64,000 nt of DNA. Origin: Eledone cirrhosa (taxonomy: Eukaryota). Made by a program: the position numbers and the translations under genes. The notes under the pieces are model-generated. The model was not told the origin of the DNA. It saw nothing but the letters and a program-made list of their open reading frames with translations, and did no database searches. Location of the stretch: contig OZ024743.1 in NCBI GenBank assembly GCA_964016885.1, forward strand, positions 199,950,001-200,014,000. The letters are read 5' to 3'. Positions 13,334-27,911 of the stretch are shown piece by piece; position 1 is the stretch's first letter; each line of letters opens with the position of its first letter.

Positions 13334-14596
13334 TTGTTGGTTGTGCTGTTGCAGTTGTTGTTGTTGTTTGTCGTGTTGTTGGTTGTGGTGTTGCAGGTGT
13401 TGTTGTTGTTTTTGGTGGTGTTGTTGTTGGTGGTGGTTTTGTTGGTTGTGCTGTTGCAGTTGTTGTTGTTGTTGTTGTTGGTGGTCTTGTTGTTGGTGGT
13501 GTTGTTGTTGGTGGTGTTGTTGTTGGTGGTGTTGTTGTTGGTGGTGTTGTTGTTGGTGGTGCTGTTGTTGTTGGTGGTGCTGTTGTTGTTGGTGGTGTTG
13601 TTGGTGGTGGTGTTGTGGGTTGTGGTGTTGCAGTTGTTGTTGTTGTTGGTGGTGGTGTTGTTGTTGGTTGTGCTGTTGCAGTTATTATTGTTGTTGGTGG
13701 TGTGTTGCTGGTTGTGCTGTTGCAGTTGTTGTTGTTGTTGGTGGTGATGATGTTGGTTGTGCTGTTGCAGTTGTTGCAGTTGTTGGTGGTGGTGTTGCTG
13801 GTTGTGCTGTTGCAGTTGTTGTTGGTGGTGGTGTTGTTGTTGGTTGTGCTGTGCAGTTGTTGCAGTTGTTCGTGGTTGTGTTGTTGGTTGTGCTGTTGCA
13901 GCTGTTGTTGTTGGTGGTGTTATTGTTGGTTGTGCTGTTGCAGTTGTTGTTGTTGGTGGTGGTGTTGTTGCAGTTGTTGTTGTTGGTGGTGGTGTTGTTG
14001 CAGTTGTTGTTGTTTTTGGTGGTCGTGTAGCTGGCTGTGTTGTTTCAATTGTTGTTGTTGTTGGTGGTGGTGTTGCTGGTTGTGTTGTTGCAGTTGTTGT
14101 TGTTGTTGTGGGTGCCTATGTTGGTTGTAATGTTGCTGTTGTTGTTGTTGGCGGTGGTGTTGTTATTGGCGCTGGTGTTGTTGTTGGTTGGGCGGTTGTT
14201 GTTGTTTTTATTGCTGTTGTTGTTACTGTTGTTCTCGGTAGTTTTGTTGTTATTGTTGTTGCCTATGTTACTGCTGATGTCGGTGTTAATGTTGTTATTG
14301 CTGTTGCTGTTGATAATGCTGCTGTAGATGTTGGAAATACACCTGTTGTGTAGTGGTTTCTGTTATTGTTATTGTTGTTGTTGGTCTGATTGATGTAGTT
14401 GTTGTTGTTGTTGCTGGTGGTAGAGCTGCTGGGGCTATTATTTTTGCTGTTATTGTTGCTGGTGTTGTTGTCGTTGTTAGTGGTAGTGCTGTGCTCTTGC
14501 TGTGTTGTTTTCATTGTTGTTGTTGCTTTTGCTGGGGTTGATGTAGTTTTTGTTGTTGTTGCTAATGTTGTTGTTGTTGGTGGTGGTGCTGGGGCT

Positions 14597-14632
<36 letters not shown>

Positions 14633-14913
14633 TGTTGTTGTTGTAGCTATTGCTGTTGTTGTAGCTATTGCTGTTGTTGTAGCTATTGCTGTTGTTGCTG
14701 TTTTTGTAGATATTGCTGTTATTGTTGCTGTTGTTGTTGTTGTTGCTGTTGTTGTAGCTATTGCTGTTGTTGTAGCTATTGCTGTTGTTGTTGCTGTTGT
14801 TGTTGTTGCTGTTGTTGTAGCTATTGCTGTTGTTGTTGATGTTGTTGTTGTTGCTGTTGTTGTAGCTATTGCTGTTGTTGTTGATGTTGTTGTTGTTGCT
14901 GTTGTTGTAGCTA

Positions 14914-14946
<33 letters not shown>

Positions 14947-15385
14947 CTGCTGTTGTAGTTATTGCTGTTGTTGTTGCTGTTGTTGTAGCTATTGCTGTTG
15001 TTGTTGCTGTTGTTGTGGCTATTGCTGTTGTTGTTGCTGTTGTTGTTGTTGTTGCTGTTGTTGTAGCTATTGCTGTTGTTGTTGCTATTGTTGTTGTTGT
15101 TGTTGTAGCTATTGCTGTTGTTGTAGCTATTGCTGTTGTTGTTGCTGTTGTTGTTGTTGTTGCTGTTGTTGTTGTTGTTGTTGCTGTTGTTGTAGCTATT
15201 GCTGTTATTGCTGTTGTTGTTGTTGTTGCTGTTGTTGTAGCTATTGCTGTTGTTGTTCCTGTTGTTGTAGCTATTGCTGTTGTTGTTCCTGTTGTTGTAG
15301 CTATTGCTGTTGTTGTTGCTGTTGTTGTTGTTGCTGCTGTTTTTGTTGCTGCTGTTGTTGTAGCTATTGCTGTTGTTGTTGCTGT

Positions 15386-15416
<31 letters not shown>

Positions 15417-15461
15417 TTTGTTGTTGTTGCTGCTGTTGTTGTAGTTATTGCTGTTGCTTTC
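5790..15461. repeat. ~9.7 kb degenerate GTT/GGT/GCT/GCA trinucleotide tract
   Basis: Directly visible, with block duplications; runs into the assembly gap. Confidence 0.95.
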
Positions 15462-15661
15462 NNNNNNNNNNNNNNNNNNNNNNNNNNNNNNNNNNNNNNN
15501 NNNNNNNNNNNNNNNNNNNNNNNNNNNNNNNNNNNNNNNNNNNNNNNNNNNNNNNNNNNNNNNNNNNNNNNNNNNNNNNNNNNNNNNNNNNNNNNNNNNN
15601 NNNNNNNNNNNNNNNNNNNNNNNNNNNNNNNNNNNNNNNNNNNNNNNNNNNNNNNNNNNNN
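15462..15661. other. Assembly gap (200 N)
   Basis: N run. Confidence 1.
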
Positions 15662-15695
15662 TGTATCTATGTATGTATGTATGTATGTATGTATG

Positions 15696-15728
<33 letters not shown>

Positions 15729-16015
15729 TATATATATAATATATATATATGTTGTGTGTGTGTGTGTGTGTTTGTGTGTGTGTGTACATAATAATATATA
15801 TATATATAGTATTTATATCATATATGAATGTATAGTTATATATGAATGTATGTATATATAATATTATAATATATGTGTATGTACGTATATATATATATAT
15901 GTATATATATAGAGAGAGAGGGAGAGATGATAAATGAGTCGACAATATATGTGTATGTGTTTGGGTATATATATATATATGTGTGTGTATGTGTATGTGT
16001 GTATGTGTGTGAATA

Positions 16016-16067
<52 letters not shown>

Positions 16068-16442
16068 GTGTGCGTTTTGTGTATATAAGTGTGTATAAGA
16101 AAAGTCATCAAGGGTAAACCACACAAAAGAACAATACAATACACTGATGTTTTGTTAGTTTAACACTTGATATAGTGAAAAAATAATCTTCAAAAGATTC
16201 CTAAAATGATTCGGGTGCTAGTCCTTCATCGGATGATAGAAAAAAGAGAAAAGAGAAAATGTTTGGGTGAAAGAAGGAATAAGGAAGACAGGCGTGGGTA
16301 GAGAGAGGAAAATTCATTTGTTGTGAGTTTGCTATCTTAGAAAAGCGGGAAGGTGGTGCCCCAGCATAGCCGCAGTTTATTGACTGAAGCAATTAAATAA
16401 AAACAAATTATAAACAATCCACAAACAATAGTGGAACTATAT

Positions 16443-16635
16443 AATTGTTTCTACATTGGGCACAAGGCCAACAATTATCCCAGTGTATTACTGGTACTTC
16501 ATTTTATCGACTCCGTAAGGATGAAAGGCAAAGTTAACCTCGGCGGGATTTGAACTCAGATCATGAAGGGCCGTAACTCTATGCTGAAAAGCATGGCGTC
16601 CGACCTTCTACCGATACTACCAATCCACCGCCCTA
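16443..16635 (-). mobile_element. tRNA-derived SINE, near full length
   Basis: Reverse complement of the family consensus with A-box-like and B-box-like motifs. Confidence 0.85.
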
Positions 16636-16847
16636 TCTATAGTGGAACTATATAATGTTAATAGTTCGTCACTACCGCCTATCAAAGGAAAACACATATA
16701 TCTAGCACGGGATGCATAAATAATGAAAGTACTGTTGAGCTTTCAAAGGATTTGAGCATGCGTTTGTCTACTTTCAAGACCTGCTCGTTAGTTTACCAGA
16801 ACCTGTCAACATCTTTTCCCGCATCGAATGCCATGTACTATTCTAAG

Positions 16848-17078
16848 CAGGGCCAGATTTAATGAAGGCTGAAAACGACAATTGGCCCGGGCTCCGTTTT
16901 TGTTTAGGGCTCCCAACAGTGACTGCCATAGCAATTTATTTGTGCCCTAAGCTGCGCTTTTTAGTTTTGGGATGGTTAGGGATTTTGAATTTAATACTGT
17001 ATGTATAACCTTTCAATTCCATTTACTGGCGCCAAGCTGACTTAGATATGTAAAATTGGTGGGATTTGCTGTGTTTTC

Positions 17079-17127
<49 letters not shown>

Positions 17128-17184
17128 TTGGGGCTCCCCAAATCTGAAGTGTTCCGGGTCTCCCAAGATCTATATCCAACCCTG
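16848..17184. mobile_element. Possible degenerate hAT/Tip100-like MITE
   Basis: Ends CAGGGCCAGATTTA / TATATCCAACCCTG are imperfectly inverted; no TSD recognisable. Confidence 0.4.
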
Positions 17185-17244
17185 GCTGTGAGTTAAAATC
17201 TGTCTTTCATTCTTCTTCTTCTTCTTCTTCTTCTTCTTCTTCTT

Positions 17245-17276
<32 letters not shown>

Positions 17277-17935
17277 CTTCACTCTTTGCGAAACAAATCG
17301 TTTATTACTTCGTTCATTTAAAATATATCTATTTTGCATCCTAAACTCGGTTTTATTTCTTGTTAAATTTCTATGTCAGCGAAATGTTAAATATTTTCAT
17401 GAATCATGCATAGGAAATTGAATGAATTATTATGGTACGATTTCATTGGTTACTATAGTAAGTGCTACAAAACAACAAGAAAATATCAAGAAAACGGGTG
17501 TGTTCAAAGTTGATAGCCAAATAGGTGTGACAAATATTATTGATCATCTCCGTTAAACTGGCGTAGGTCATATTCTGAAGGGTGGGGGTGAAAACACTTA
17601 TGAAGGAAATTTGAACCAGATGGTAACTGAAGAGTGAAAAAAATACAATGTTGGTAGAAAGAGAGGAGGGGTTGAGAGAGAGAGAGAGAGGGGGGAGCGA
17701 GAGAGAGAGAGAGCGAGAGAAAGAGAGAGAGAGAGAGAGAAGAAAGAAGGATATTTGCAGGTAAAGAGTTGAATGGTTGAGGAGTGCGTGTGTGTGTGTA
17801 GGTATGTATGCATGCTTATATGTAGATATGTATTATGCTTGTGTGTATATATGTATGTATGTATGTATGTAAGTATGTATGTATATATGTATATAAGTAT
17901 GTATGTAAGTATGTATGTATATATGTATGTATGTC

Positions 17936-18532
17936 GGGTCACTCTTGAGTGCTACTGGTAACATGTAACCCAGTTGTTGGGTCGTTGGCGACTAAACCGG
18001 CAACCCCACCAAGTTTACTTGATGAGGAGGGTGATTTTGGACACCCTGCAGGACAAAAAACAAAAACTTACAAAGGGCGGAAGAACTCATAAGATTCAAC
18101 AGCCATCCAAAAATGTGTAAATATGTATATACACATATACATATGTATGTATATGTATATATGTATATGCATGTGTGCATGTGTATGTATACGCACGGGG
18201 ACATAGAAATAGTCGGGTTGGATACTCGATCGCACCGTTAAACCACTGGGAGTGAAGGACCCCCTAGCCTTTGTCAAGGTATGCTTCTAGGAGAAGGCAA
18301 CTCAGGAAACTGGGATAACTCCGACATAAAACCTGCAGCTCAGTAGTTACCGATGGTGTAGATCTTTTCTTCTTTTCAGGTTATAGCTACTGTCGCTCAG
18401 AGAGTGGGATTGGCTCATTGCAGTCTTTCTTCACATCATGCACAGGCATTGCACGAATGCATTAATTGATAATTATTAATAATGTTATATCGTGCAATGG
18501 CTATACTCGATAACACGGGGGCAGCCATCATG
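17936..18532 (+). mobile_element. Non-autonomous RTE-related retroelement (5'UTR-like part plus 3' tail)
   Basis: RTE-5'UTR-like CTAGGAGAAGGCAACTC...AAACCTGC. It shares GAGAGTGGGA..GG, GCACAGGCATTGC and the 3' end GGCAGCCA(T/C)CATG(TATG)n with 44710-45048, and sits in (TATG)n. Confidence 0.55.
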
Positions 18533-18744
18533 TATGTATGTATGTTCTTCTGGTTTTATAATTTCACAAAGTTTTCCCAATAGAGAGAGAGTCGGTTTCT
18601 AACATAGACACAAGACTCTCTCATTGGAATTTACACAACATCAACTAGGTAGATATGGATGTTATTGTATGTGTGAATGTGTATGTTTTGAGTTGTATGT
18701 GTGCATGTGTATATGCTTTGTATCTGTATATGTGTATATGAAGT

Positions 18745-20110
18745 TATTACATGCAACATTTTTGGAATGTCTTACATATTTTTACTGTTCCATTAATGGA
18801 TTGTACTTGTAATTTCCTAATTAGTTGTGTTCTTTCTGTTCCTGTGAAGCCTAGCTTCTCAAGATTACTCACACTCTGGAGCTTCCTGGCAACATATCCA
18901 TGCATGATCTTTTGCTGATAGGCATGCAGTTTTTCATCCATGGACTCACTGCGATACTGCTGAGCGACATCCCTGGGTGTGAGTTTTGATTATCACACAG
19001 GGAATATCTCTCAAGGAGTTCCTTCCCAACTCTCATGATCTTATCTGTTTCATGCAGATAGACTTGCTCGAGAAACGGGCTCCTACGCTTCGAGGTTCGT
19101 AGATGTTGTCGGAGAGATATGATGCGACATTCAAATGTTGTCTGGACTGATGTTAGGCCTCTGCCTCCCCTGCTTACGTTTCAAGTAAAGACGGTCTATA
19201 TCACTGTGATATGAAAGTTTCGGGTGTTGTTTAGTGTTTTTCGAGTTCCAACATCAACTACTCGGATTTCGTCTATCGTCCAATTGAGTATTCCAAACGT
19301 TGGTGTTAGGACAGGCACAGCAAACACATTGTGAGCCACTGTTTTGTTTTGCGTAGAGAGTTCCGATGACCAGATCCTTCTTAATCGGGTGTAGTATTCC
19401 TTGGTTACGCGTTCTTTATTACTGATACTATTATAGGATATGTTCTCATCTATCCCCAGGTATCTGTAGCAGTCCTCATCAGATATGGGTGAAACAGTTA
19501 GGCCATTGATGACAATGTTGCTAGATTGGGTTGTTGTTTTTCCCCGCTTTACAGTCATGTATGAGCATTTATCTTGGCCAAACTCCATTCCTATATCCTT
19601 TGAGAACGTTGTTACCAGGTCAAGATTTTTCTTCATCCCATCCATGTTCTTGGCATAGAGTTTCAGATCATCCACAAAGAAATTATGGGTTAGGTTCGTA
19701 TTTCTGTCCTCCTGTGATCCAATGATGTATCCTTCACATTTCTTGAGCAGAAAGAACAAGGGGTTTAATGACAAGATGAATAATATCACAGAGAGACTGT
19801 CCCCCTGAAATACACCCCTGCAATATTTTATTTTATCAGTGAAAATAGAATCCTCCTTCTCTGTCTTTAACCTTAGGATAGTAGCCCAAGAAGAAGACAG
19901 CCTCTCTATGGCTCTGACAATAATGTCTGGGACTTTAGCAAGTTGGAGGGCCTCTATCATCCAAGAGTGGGGAACAGAATCGAAAGCTTTCATGTACTCC
20001 AGCCAGACTGTAGCCATATTCCTCCTAAGTTGTCGCACCTCCGACATCGCAGTTTTGTTGATTAGGAGTTGTTCAGCACATCCCCAAACCCCTTTCTTTC
20101 CAGCTGCTTG
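18745..20110 (-). pseudogene. R4/Dong-clade non-LTR retrotransposon fragment (RT domain, internal deletion, C-terminal tail)
   Basis: Motifs KAFDSVPHSW, GVFQGDSLS, FFVDDLKLY and YRYLG; tail GTVKICKTF is homologous to 59.4-62.1 kb. The N-terminus of the listed ORF is microsatellite. Confidence 0.9.
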
Positions 20111-20157
20111 TATGCATGTATGTATGTATGCATGTATGTATGTATGTATGCATGTAT

Positions 20158-20247
<90 letters not shown>

Positions 20248-20569
20248 AAACTTCCGCATTCTTTAAACCTCCTTTAATATTTGACATATTGATACGATTG
20301 AAATTTATTCGAAATAACGTATAGCAATATTTCCTACATAGATATGGACAGTATCGACATAACGTGTAACAACATGATTTGAGGCAAAAAGTAACGTACC
20401 TTTACATTCTGAGCTCAAATCCCGCCGAGGTTAGCTTTACCACCTTTCATCCTAACGGGGTCAATAAAATAAGGGAAGGAGAAGGAGAAACAAATAAGTC
20501 CTCGAATGAAAATCTTTAGCCTTATGCCTATATTAATAAATCTATGATTATCGTCATTATTTTCAGTGA

Positions 20570-20885
20570 ATTGACAGTATCGATAGAGGGTCGGACACCA
20601 TACTTTGCAGCATAGAGTTACGCCCCTTTATTATCTGACTTCAAATCCCGCCGAGGTTAACTTTGTCTTTCATCCTTACGGGATCAATAAAATAAAGTAC
20701 CAGTCACGCACAGGGGTCTTTCCTCTCCTCCCAAATTACTGGCCTTGTGCCTATATAAGAAACCATTATTTTTGTTAACAACCCGCCGAGGTTGACTTTG
20801 CCTTTCATCCTTACGGGGTCGATAAAATAAAGTACCAGGCACTGGATAATTGCTGGTCTTGTGCCTAACGTAGAAACAATTATTT
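20570..20885 (+). mobile_element. Two tandem SINE copies
   Basis: Family body GCCGAGGTTAACTTTG..TTTCATCCTTACGGG occurs twice. Confidence 0.8.
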
Positions 20886-21108
20886 TTGTTAACAACAGTT
20901 ACAACGCCATATCACAAAGAATATTAGGGAATATTAAAATATCATTGAATTATTCATTGTTTTATTCTTCGAAATCAAATTAATCTTGTAGACTGTTATA
21001 GTTTTTAAAGCAATTTATGAAGTCTGTATCGGGATGAAAGATGTTGTTTCTTTCTATTTCTCTCTCTCTCTTTCTTTCTCTCTCTCTTTCTTTCTTTCTC
21101 TCTCTCTT

Positions 21109-21191
<83 letters not shown>

Positions 21192-23775
21192 AGCAATCCT
21201 CCTTATACGTCTGACATCCTCTCTGAACAATTCTCTCCTTTCTTTCCTACTGTTTCTTAATCGTCATTTTTTATATCTCTGACATCCTGTCTCTCCCTTC
21301 CTTTCTTTCTCCTACCTCTCTCTCCTTCTCTACTCTTCCCCCTCTCTCTCTGTCACTTAATATTCATTCGGCTCTCTCTTACTTTTAATCTTTTTAGACT
21401 TATTTATGCATATTTTTAATAATCTCATTTGTTTCCTCGCTCATCTTTCTCTTTAACTCTCTTTCTTTTTCTCTCATTCTATCTGTCTCTATTTCTCTTT
21501 CTCTCCCACACACACATACACAAGCACTGTCAAGCTCACTTAATCTCGTTTACAAATGTTCTGTGAGGTAGCATAATAAACTATTTTTAATAATTTTACA
21601 ACTGTTGTGATCTACTTCACCACCACTAACTCCACCACTAGCAGTACCCTCCGCCATCCACCACCACCCTCCGCCATCTACACCACCACAAAGAAGCTTT
21701 TTCTTTTTTCTTCTTCATTTTCACTTTTTTCACTCCATCCCCCCCCCCCCCCCCTCTTTCTCCCTCTCTATTTATCTATCAATATATCTATCTATCTCTC
21801 TTTCTCCGACTATATCTTTCAAATCAGTGATTTTCTGATTAAGCTGAGGCCGAAGCACAAAGTGTGTAAATCCTAATGACTTACTTAAACTATTTCGAGT
21901 GTAAACATCTTAATATCGTCATCATGTTCATCATTGCCCTTACCTTTCCACCACTGACCGTCACACTACCACCGGCACTGCTACTACATCTCTTCACCAC
22001 TTTCTATTTCCTCTTCATAAGTACCCGTAAACTTGTCCTCGGTAAACAAACAAAATAATACATACTAATCCCTACTTTCGTTATTAAGGAAGTTCATTCC
22101 ACTCATTTGAGGCATTCTGCTACTTTAATATGGCCACGAGATAATTAATGATTTCTAATATAGAATCAAGGCCAGCAACTTGAACAGAGAGCAACGTCTA
22201 ATTGTATCGGCCTCAATATTTAACTGGCATTCTATTTTATCGGCCCCAGATGGACGAAAGGCAAAGTTGACCCTGGTGGGATTATTATATAATTGGAATG
22301 TAAAAAAAACTAAAAATCCCAGCGCCATCCTGTATTTATTTTTATGCATTAGATCATATGTTGAATTCGGTATATAGAAATATTTTCTTACAACAATCCT
22401 ATTTTAATGAGTTCTAATAAACAATATCAGAACAAACCTACGGCTAAACAATAACAGCAACAACATCAACAATACGATTACAAATTCGATATTGTATATA
22501 TTCCTAGTTTCCGATTGAAGCCATTTCACTTCAAACGCGGTCATAATCTCCTTTCGTAAAGCATGAAGGTCAAAATATCCCATGTTTTTTCCCCTTTGGA
22601 AAGATCTGGATCATTATGACATGTCAAAGAAAAAAAACAACTCAATGCTTGAAATCAGATGATGGCGTAATTTTTACAATGCTTTATAATTTAAAGACAT
22701 CAAAGTAGTTATAGTTCATTTGAAGCACTGTGTGGTATTTGGTTATGGTTGCTTTGGAAAAGTCGGTATGATGCAAATTAGAAATACAAGAGCAAAGTAA
22801 GAAAAACAAAATAAAACAAAATAACAGCTTACGCTTTCATCATATATATCATGTTATTTCGAGTTTATGGCACCTTTTTCAAAAGAAAAGAAATGAAGTG
22901 TGATGTTGGTGACGAGTAAAGTATTCATACGTTGTTCATTTCTACTTCATATATCTTAGGGTGAAATAGAAAGAAAACTGATTTTAACTGAATTATTGTA
23001 CTGTTTCCTGATTTCAGCTGGCCAGGTGTTTACTTCATATATTGAAACAAGGTCACATATCTTATGTCATTCCACATCTCAGACCGGATCCTACAGCCCA
23101 TGTTTTTCTTCACTGTTGTAGAAGAAAGCAACAGTGAGTTGACGGAGTTCATATCACAAAATAAAGTGAAATAGAGACAGAAAGAATGGGTCTGTATCTT
23201 CAAAACACCTATTATTAATGACAGCGTCAGACAACTACTTTTCAAAAACATGTGCATTCCCATGCAGCATCGGACGTTTCCCCAATAGTAAAGAGTTCCA
23301 GTGGTGTTTCTTCAACTAGTGGAAATAGCAAAGATATGTGACTTATTTACCGACTACTCAGAGTAGGTTGCATGAATTTTCGTTGTCTCAGATCACATTG
23401 GAAGCATGGTTGTTTGCTCAACAATCACGGATACTAGATATAGATGTGACAGACATCAGCATGATCAGTATGTTCCGGACATAAGCACTCGCACTCATTT
23501 CCTACGTATACTAGGTCATGAATGTGTCACGCTCTCCCTCGACATTCAGTGATCAACTTGTTCAATCAACATAACAGCGTACTTATGAAATTAACGTGCA
23601 AGTAGCTGAGTATTTCACAAACACGTATAACCTTAACATCGTCTTCGGGAAGGTTCAGCGTGAAACAAAATGTGACAAGTCTTGCCCATTGAATTACAGG
23701 TACAGTCCATCCAACGGGCTTCCAAATAATGTCCCTCAACCCAATTTCACTAACAAGGCATAAGTCGATACGAGG

Positions 23776-23819
<44 letters not shown>

Positions 23820-23821
23820 CG

Positions 23822-23888
<67 letters not shown>

Positions 23889-25343
23889 ATTTGCGTATAG
23901 AAGTCAGGATAAATCAGGATCTGTGTAGTTCTTTGGTTATCTCTTTCTTTGGTACTATTTGTGATCTTTTTTTTTCTTTTTACACGTACGTAATCTCCCA
24001 TTGTTTTCTATCCTTGCCTTTGTACCCTATTGTCTTTGTACCCCTTTTTATCTTGTAGTCTTTGTGTCTCCTGGTTTTGTGCCTGAATTAGAAACCATTA
24101 GCTTTGCAGCATTTAAGTACCGCCTTCTGAGTTCAAATTCTGTCGGGGTCAATTTTTTCTTTCATCCTTCCAGGGTGGATAAATAAGATATTTGTCAAGT
24201 ACTGAGAATGATTTAATCGACTTTCCCATTTCCACAAAACAATGTTTGTCTTGTACCTAAATAAGAATCCATTTGGTGTGCAGGATTTAACTACGGTGAT
24301 TTATGCTGTGAGTTCAATTCTCGCCGATAAAATAAAGTACTAATCAAGTACTGGGGTCGATTTAATCGACTTTCCCTTCCCATAAAAACTCTTGGCCTTA
24401 TGCCTAAATTAGAAACAATTATTATTATAACCTTAGTTTATTCTTAATTCTCGCCCACTGAGATTTGGAAAAACATGCTACATCTCTGATTGAAGAGATC
24501 ATTTCATCACACACTCTCTCTCTTTCTCCTACTTTTATCTTTTACTTAGCCTCTCCCCCTCTCCCATTTTTATCTATTTATCTTTCTATCTCTGCGGATC
24601 TATCTGAAATGATAAAGAATTTGGTTCTAAACAAACGATGGTATTTATCAACGATGCTAACCTCAGAGAACGAGGATTTTTGCTTAATTCAACCAAGCGT
24701 GAGACTATTTGCACTAGAATATATCCACAGAGTCACATTTGGTAAATGTATGAAAAGACTATTAATATTATCATCTCTATTATTATTACTATTATCATAA
24801 TTGTTGTTGTTTTTGTTACCGTTGTTGTTAGCATTTAGTTGTTTTTCTTTGTTGTATAGATTTATATTCTATTTTGCCTGTCTTTTATCACAGTGTTTGC
24901 TCATTATCGGTTGGGGATTATGGCTTCAAAATGACCTTATTGAGATTTGGGCTTGGGGTGAGGAGTTTGGAGTTTGGGTGTGACAATGACTGTTGTTACA
25001 GCGATGATAATAGGAAACGGCCTGTGCCGAGAACAATAATTAACTACCTAAAATAAATGGTATAAAAGATAAAAGGTAAAGTTTATGGAAGCACAGAGAA
25101 TATTATAATGGAAATAAAACAGCTACGTAAATACACATACACGCAAACATACACATACACGCACACATACACACGCGCACACATACGTTCTTTTATTTGT
25201 ACTTATCTATCATATATACGTATATATGAGTATACTACGTGTGCGTGCTCGTATTTTTCTGTATATGTACACACGAATGGATGGATAGATAAATAGATAG
25301 ATAGAGAGAGCGATAGGAATAGACACAGAGACATAAATACACT

Positions 25344-25455
25344 ATAGATTACTACTACTACTACTACTACTACCGCCGCCACTACGACTACTACTACCAC
25401 TACCAGCAGCACCACCGCCGCCACTACAACTATCACCACTACCACCCTCACGGCC

Positions 25456-25490
<35 letters not shown>

Positions 25491-25606
25491 CACAACCACC
25501 ACCACTACTACTACTACTACCACTACTACTACTACTACTACCACTACCACTACTACTACTACTACTTCCGCTACCACTACTACTACTACTTCTACTACTA
25601 CTACTG

Positions 25607-25649
<43 letters not shown>

Positions 25650-25838
25650 CATCACTACCACCGCCACCACTACTACTACCACCACCACCACCACCGCCAC
25701 TATTACCACCACCACCACCACTACTACTACTAATACTACTACTACTACCGCCACCACCACCACTACTACTACTACTACCACCACCACCACCACCACCACT
25801 ACTACTAATACTACCACAACTACTACTACTACTACTAT

Positions 25839-25904
<66 letters not shown>

Positions 25905-26010
25905 CGCTACTACTACTACTACCAGCACCACCAGCACCACCACTACTACTATTACTACTACTACTACCACCACCACCATCATTACTACTACTACTACTAC
26001 TACTACTACT
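25344..26010. repeat. (ACT/ACC)n compound microsatellite
   Basis: Directly visible; explains the poly-V and poly-S/G ORFs. Confidence 0.95.
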
Positions 26011-26994
26011 AGAAAGAGACATCTGGCGAGACTAATGGATGATGGACAGGGCGTTAGATTGTCGAGAGGAAGAAAAAGAAGAAAAAGAAGCAGAAGAGGA
26101 GAGATATTTGAGATGGGAGGAGGGAGTGAAGGGGGGGGGGGGGGGGGGGGTAGATAAAAATTGTTTGTTCTATCATAAGAATGAGATGAAGACGATGGCA
26201 AATTGAACCACCTCAGTAGCTTATTACAGGTTCTAACACCGCTCTACTGACCGAAATATCCAAACAAGTACACTTTCAGATAAGAAACAACCCCCTAAAG
26301 AAACTGGAGACAATATCTGAATGTAGCAACAAACCCTTTCAAATGATTCACCATTATTGGTTTCGTTCTTTATATCTTTATTTGTCTTTTTTTTTTTTTT
26401 GTTAACAACTCCCTTAAGAAACTAGAGACAATATCAGAATGTTGATGCCCCTTTCAAATAATTCACCATTATTTATTTATTTGTTTGTGTCGTTCTTTGT
26501 TATTATTTTTATGTAGCTGTTCCCTTATTTCAGTGTGGCTTTTGTTCGAGGTTAGCACACCATATAGAAGAAGAAGAAGAAGAAAAAGAAGAAGGAAACA
26601 ATAATAAAAAGCAGTCAAAGATAGTGTATCTAAATAAGGGCCATAGTAGCAAGACACACCAGCGACAATTACAATAACAGTAGTAGCTAAAATAGAAATA
26701 ACAATATCAATAAGATTGAAAGAGCCGTTATGAAGTCACTCGACCTGTTAGAAATAGCAGCCAAGTATCTCCTAAATCACGTACTACCGAATCGAAGATA
26801 CTGTATCTAAAGAGCCATTGAAGTAAACCACACCAACAACAATAATCACCATACTAGTAATAACAACAATAACAATAACAACTCAGAAGCTTCTATGTGG
26901 TTGCTTGATCTGTTAGAAAGAGTAACCAAATCTCTTTTCAATCACACTCCTACCACTTCGAAGGCACTGTATGTCCGTGAAACATATACATATA

Positions 26995-27410
26995 CACCAT
27001 GTCCGAACACAACAGAACCAAACTCCCACTGTCACTGCCTCCGACTCTCCCGCTCTCCCCATCTCTCACTATTGTAAGTAAATGGGGGCCCACGCGCTGG
27101 CCACCTCGTGGCCCCGACGGACAGAATAGAGAAGGTGTTCCCCTGGAGGGTGGTGAAGGAGACCTGTTAGATGAGCCATTCCAGCTCATGAGGTTCACAC
27201 TTGTGTGTAGCCAACTCTTTGCCGATGGTAGTTAGCAGGGAGGTGGCCTCAGCGCCAAGGACACCAGAAGTCGCCATTGCTTCGGGCTCGACCGCAAACC
27301 TGTTGGAGAGCGACCGATATTTGGAGAGCTTACCCTCCTCGTCCCGAAGTGCAGTAGAGCCTGGGTTAGTCGCAGACTGTACCTAGAGTAAGAAGGTACA
27401 GTCGCAACAC
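26995..27410 (-). pseudogene. CRE-clade non-LTR retrotransposon 3' fragment (RLE C-terminus and 3'UTR)
   Basis: Manual minus-strand translation: SATNPGSTALRDEEGKLSKYRSLSNRFAVEPEAMATSGVLGAEATSLLTTIGKELATHKCEPHELEWLI*QVSFTTLQGNTFSIL. This fits the CRE pattern E..K..KY...P.A.E..G..G...QR.S....RGN. Confidence 0.75.
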
Positions 27411-27845
27411 ACAACAGCAACAATAATTACATGAACAGTAGTAACATTAATTACAAAAATACTGCGGGTACCTCAACATATTTGCTCAACAGGCTAGACA
27501 CGGCAGTCAGGTCTACTTTAAATCACATTATATCTAATCGAAGATACTTACCTAAATAAAGGTTTCTAATTCAGGCACAATAACAACAGTTTGGGGGGAA
27601 GGGGGAAGTCTGTGAATTTGTCAGGGAGATTCCGAGAATCGAACTCAGGACCTTACGATTGTGAATGAAGCAAACTAACCACTAAGTTACATGCCTGCAC
27701 ACAACAACAACACCTCTTTAAAATAAAGCTCTCCACTCTCTTGTACACAAAATAATGAGACGGTCATGGTGGGAAAGTCTTTGATCATATACCTGGAAAA
27801 TAAGAGCTGGCCTAAGGTTAAACAACAACAACGACGACGACAGTC

Positions 27846-27911
<66 letters not shown>

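Noticed and set aside
5717-15722. Long plus-strand ORFs (poly V/G, L/V, C/W; up to 1695 aa)
   Set aside because: Stop-free translations of the GTT/GGT repeat, open in several frames at once.
22850-23520. Higher-complexity segment, possible exon or transposase relic
   Set aside because: No recognisable motif or sustained frame found by eye.
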